Assembly (NCBI RefSeq): GCF_008065095.1
Contig: NZ_CP042911.1
Location: 210,001-242,000, forward strand
Origin: Gemmata obscuriglobus
Lineage (GTDB): Bacteria; Planctomycetota; Planctomycetia; Gemmatales; Gemmataceae
DNA: 32,000 nucleotides
Reading direction: 5' to 3'
Below are positions 30,206-32,000 of the stretch, in pieces. A model generated the notes under the pieces. The model had not been told where the DNA came from and ran no database searches. It was given only the letters and a program-made list of their open reading frames with translations. How positions within the stretch are numbered: position 1 is the stretch's first letter; each line of letters begins with the position of its first letter. The translations under genes and the position numbers were made by a program.

Positions 30206-30856
30206 TCATGTGGTGACGAGCCACCCGCGGCGGGCGGCGTACTGGACGATGTCCACCCGGGTGCGCACCCCGAGCTTTTCCATCGACCGCGTCTTGTACG
30301 TCTCGACGGTCTTCACCGACAGCTTGAGCCGGCCCGCGATCTCCTTGTTACTGTACCCCAAGGCAATGAGCCGCACCACTTCGGTCTCGCGCTCGCTCAG
30401 GTCGGCCCCTGTGCCGCCGGCATCGCGTGCCGGATCGTTGACCTCGCTCAATTCCCCGGTCGCCAGCGCCGGGTCCAGGTAGGTGCCGCCGCCGGCGACC
30501 GCTCGAATCGCCTGCACCAGTTCGGACGGGGCGGCCCGCTTGAGCACGTACCCGGCGGCCCCGGCCTCGAGCAACCGCCGCATGTACCCGCGGTCCTCGT
30601 GTACCGTCAGTGCGAGCACCTTGCGGTCCGGCCGCTCGGCCCGCAGGTGTGCGGTTACCTCGGCCCCGTTCAGCTCGGGCATCGACACGTCCACCACCAC
30701 CACATCCGGGTCCAGTTCTGTGGTGAGCGTAACGGCCGCACGGCCGTCGCTCGCCTCGCCCACGAGTTCCATACCGGGCTCGGCGCTGATGAGCGCCTTC
30801 AGCCCCTCGCGCACGACCGCGTGGTCGTCGGCCAGCAGCACGCGGATGTTGTCCAT
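30206..30856 (-). CDS. NarL/LuxR-family response regulator (REC + HTH) with no adjacent histidine kinase
   Basis: ATG at 30856. 'IRVLLADDHAVVREGL', 'VVVVDVSMPELNG' (phospho-acceptor Asp) and LuxR HTH 'LSERETEVVRLIALGYSNKEIAGRLKLSVKTVETYKTR'. Confidence 0.95.
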   Translation of the reverse strand: MDNIRVLLADDHAVVREGLKALISAEPGMELVGEASDGRAAVTLTTELDPDVVVVDVSMPELNGAEVTAHLRAERPDRKVLALTVHEDRGYMRRLLEAGAAGYVLKRAAPSELVQAIRAVAGGGTYLDPALATGELSEVNDPARDAGGTGADLSERETEVVRLIALGYSNKEIAGRLKLSVKTVETYKTRSMEKLGVRTRVDIVQYAARRGWLVTT

Positions 30857-31103
30857 CTGGCGGTTCCTCGTTCTGGGCGAACCGGGCAGCTCCGGTTCCG
30901 GCTTCCGCACGGAACACAAGTCCGAGTTGGACCAATAAGATTTTAGCTTCATTTATAAGCAAATCATGTGCCGTTAGTGCAGATCTCGCGAAATTGAAGT
31001 CCATGAAACCCCGCTGTCGTACATACGCGACTTGCGGGCGCTGCGATCGGATGGTTTTCACCGCGGCTGGTTGCATCGTGAAATGCGGCCCACGATCGCA
31101 TCT

Positions 31104-31118
31104 TGGCCCGCGGCTTGC
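31104..31118 (+). promoter_or_regulatory. Candidate sigma-54-type promoter (9 of 10 core positions)
   Basis: TGGCCC-gcggc-TTGC with correct GG-N10-GC spacing. The -12 GC is 44 nt upstream of the ATG at 31163. There is one mismatch in the -24 box, and C follows TTGC instead of A/T. Confidence 0.35.
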
Positions 31119-31162
31119 CTCTTATTTCCACCCGCGCCCTACGGACTTTTGAGGAGAGCGTC

Positions 31163-31474
31163 ATGCCACGCGGCAGCAAGGACAAATACACGGACAAACA
31201 GAAGCGAAAAGCCGAACACATCGCGGACACCTATGAGGAACGCGGGGTGCCGGAAGACGAGGCGAAGCGCCGTGCCTGGGCAACTGTAAACGCGGACTCG
31301 GGTGGCGGGAACAAATCGGGCAGCGGGCGTGGGGTGCCCGACACGAACGCCGCGGCCCGCCGGGGGGGAGTGAAGGGCGGAGCAGCATCGGCCGGGCGCA
31401 GCGCCGCACAGCGATCAGAAAGCGCCAAGAAGGCCGCGGCCACACGAAAACGCAACGCCGCTCGCGCGAAGTGA
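31163..31474 (+). CDS. Small basic conserved protein (103 aa), stress-associated type
   Basis: ATG at 31163 with SD 'gaggagag'. 'MPRGSKDKYTDKQKRKAEHIADTYEERGVPEDEAKRRAWATVN' is a widely conserved N-terminal module as I recall it. The tail is Gly/Ala/Lys-rich. A weak hairpin at 31486-31510 follows. Confidence 0.65.
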   Translation: MPRGSKDKYTDKQKRKAEHIADTYEERGVPEDEAKRRAWATVNADSGGGNKSGSGRGVPDTNAAARRGGVKGGAASAGRSAAQRSESAKKAAATRKRNAARAK

Positions 31475-31617
31475 GAAGCAACTTGCCGGGGCGAGTCATT
31501 CGCCCCCCCGGCTACCGACAGCACGGGGGTTCAACTTCAAGCGGCCCAGCAGACCAGCGATACCGTAGCACGCATTTCGATACGCGGGTAACGACGGAGC
31601 ACCGTTACGGCGCTCGG

Positions 31618-32000
31618 CTACGGGGCCAATTCGAGACAGATTACCGCCCCGCTCCCCCGAAGGTACATGCGAGTACCGACAAACGCGGGATGGGCGTAGA
31701 CGCCCTTGTCCGTCCCGCCGAAGGTCGAGAGCCGGCCCAGTTCCGTGTACTCTCGCGCAGCGGCGTCGAAGAGGATCAGGTCACCGGATCGTGAGACGAT
31801 CAGAACACGTGCGTCGGTTGCGACGGCCGCGCAGTAGCCCGAGAACGCGGTCCCGTCCTCGTCGTACACGCCCTTCAAACCGTCCGTCAGACTCAAGCAG
31901 TGGAGCCGGTTCCACACTCCGAACACGTGCGCCCCCGCGACCACCGGCGTGTGTGTGTCCGGAGCCAGCTTCTTGTTCACCGCAACCGGCTTCGGGTCGA
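31618..32000 (-). CDS. PQQ-like/BamB-like beta-propeller repeat protein, C-terminal part; the 5' end lies outside the window
   Basis: The frame stays open to the window edge (the GTG at 31980 is internal). 'VATDARVLIVSRSGDLILFDAAA.EYTELGRL...HPAFVGTRMYLRG' resembles terminal blades of PQQ-like propellers. Confidence 0.5.
   Translation of the reverse strand, partial: DPKPVAVNKKLAPDTHTPVVAGAHVFGVWNRLHCLSLTDGLKGVYDEDGTAFSGYCAAVATDARVLIVSRSGDLILFDAAAREYTELGRLSTFGGTDKGVYAHPAFVGTRMYLRGSGAVICLELAP

Overview
Visibly GC-rich chromosomal segment (GC not computed). Gene content points to Planctomycetota, probably a Gemmata-like organism (inference): a DUF1559 / H-X9-DG prepilin-like protein, a TIGR03067-type domain protein, DUF4259, and a sigma-54 activator with a sigma-54 promoter. 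I call about 28 protein-coding genes. I saw no rRNA, tRNA, CRISPR array, transposase or integrase. Most genes are housekeeping or generic: EttA fragment, MacB-type ABC transporter, LigA, Ndk, UDP-glucuronate decarboxylase, SirC-like siroheme enzyme, MFS transporter, NarL-type response regulator and stress-type small proteins. The stand-out is a 9.4-kb co-directional minus-strand cluster (27196->17776) of four genes. (A) is a multi-pass membrane protein with a zinc ribbon and a P-loop GTPase. (B) is a protein-kinase-fold protein with a long degenerate helical-repeat array and a distinct C-terminal module. (C) is a 908-aa tail-anchored protein whose N-terminal Cys/His domain resembles, from memory, the GAP1-N2 domain of GTPase-centred conflict systems. 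(D) is a membrane-anchored endonuclease/exonuclease/phosphatase (EEP) protein. I cannot match this combination to any named system, and it is my candidate for the undescribed system. Its A-B and B-C intergenic gaps each hold a very large hairpin. One of these is preceded by a perfect Shine-Dalgarno and a 16-codon micro-ORF that ends inside the stem. Other points of interest:
- A perfect TGGCAC-N5-TTGC sigma-54 promoter drives a monocistronic 87-aa gene, and a sensor-domain-less sigma-54 activator lies 4 kb away.
- There is one intact PIN/antitoxin pair and one decayed MazF-like pair that share the same antitoxin family.
- A ~150-bp composite palindrome fills a convergent intergenic gap.
- An MCE-OmpA-like fusion is translationally coupled to a sigma-70-family gene.
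Caveat: 'M' in the ORF track often stands for non-ATG starts (ATT at 27232, TTG at 12338). I therefore reset several starts using ATG/GTG plus Shine-Dalgarno context. Many long opposite-strand ORFs are GC-rich shadow frames.
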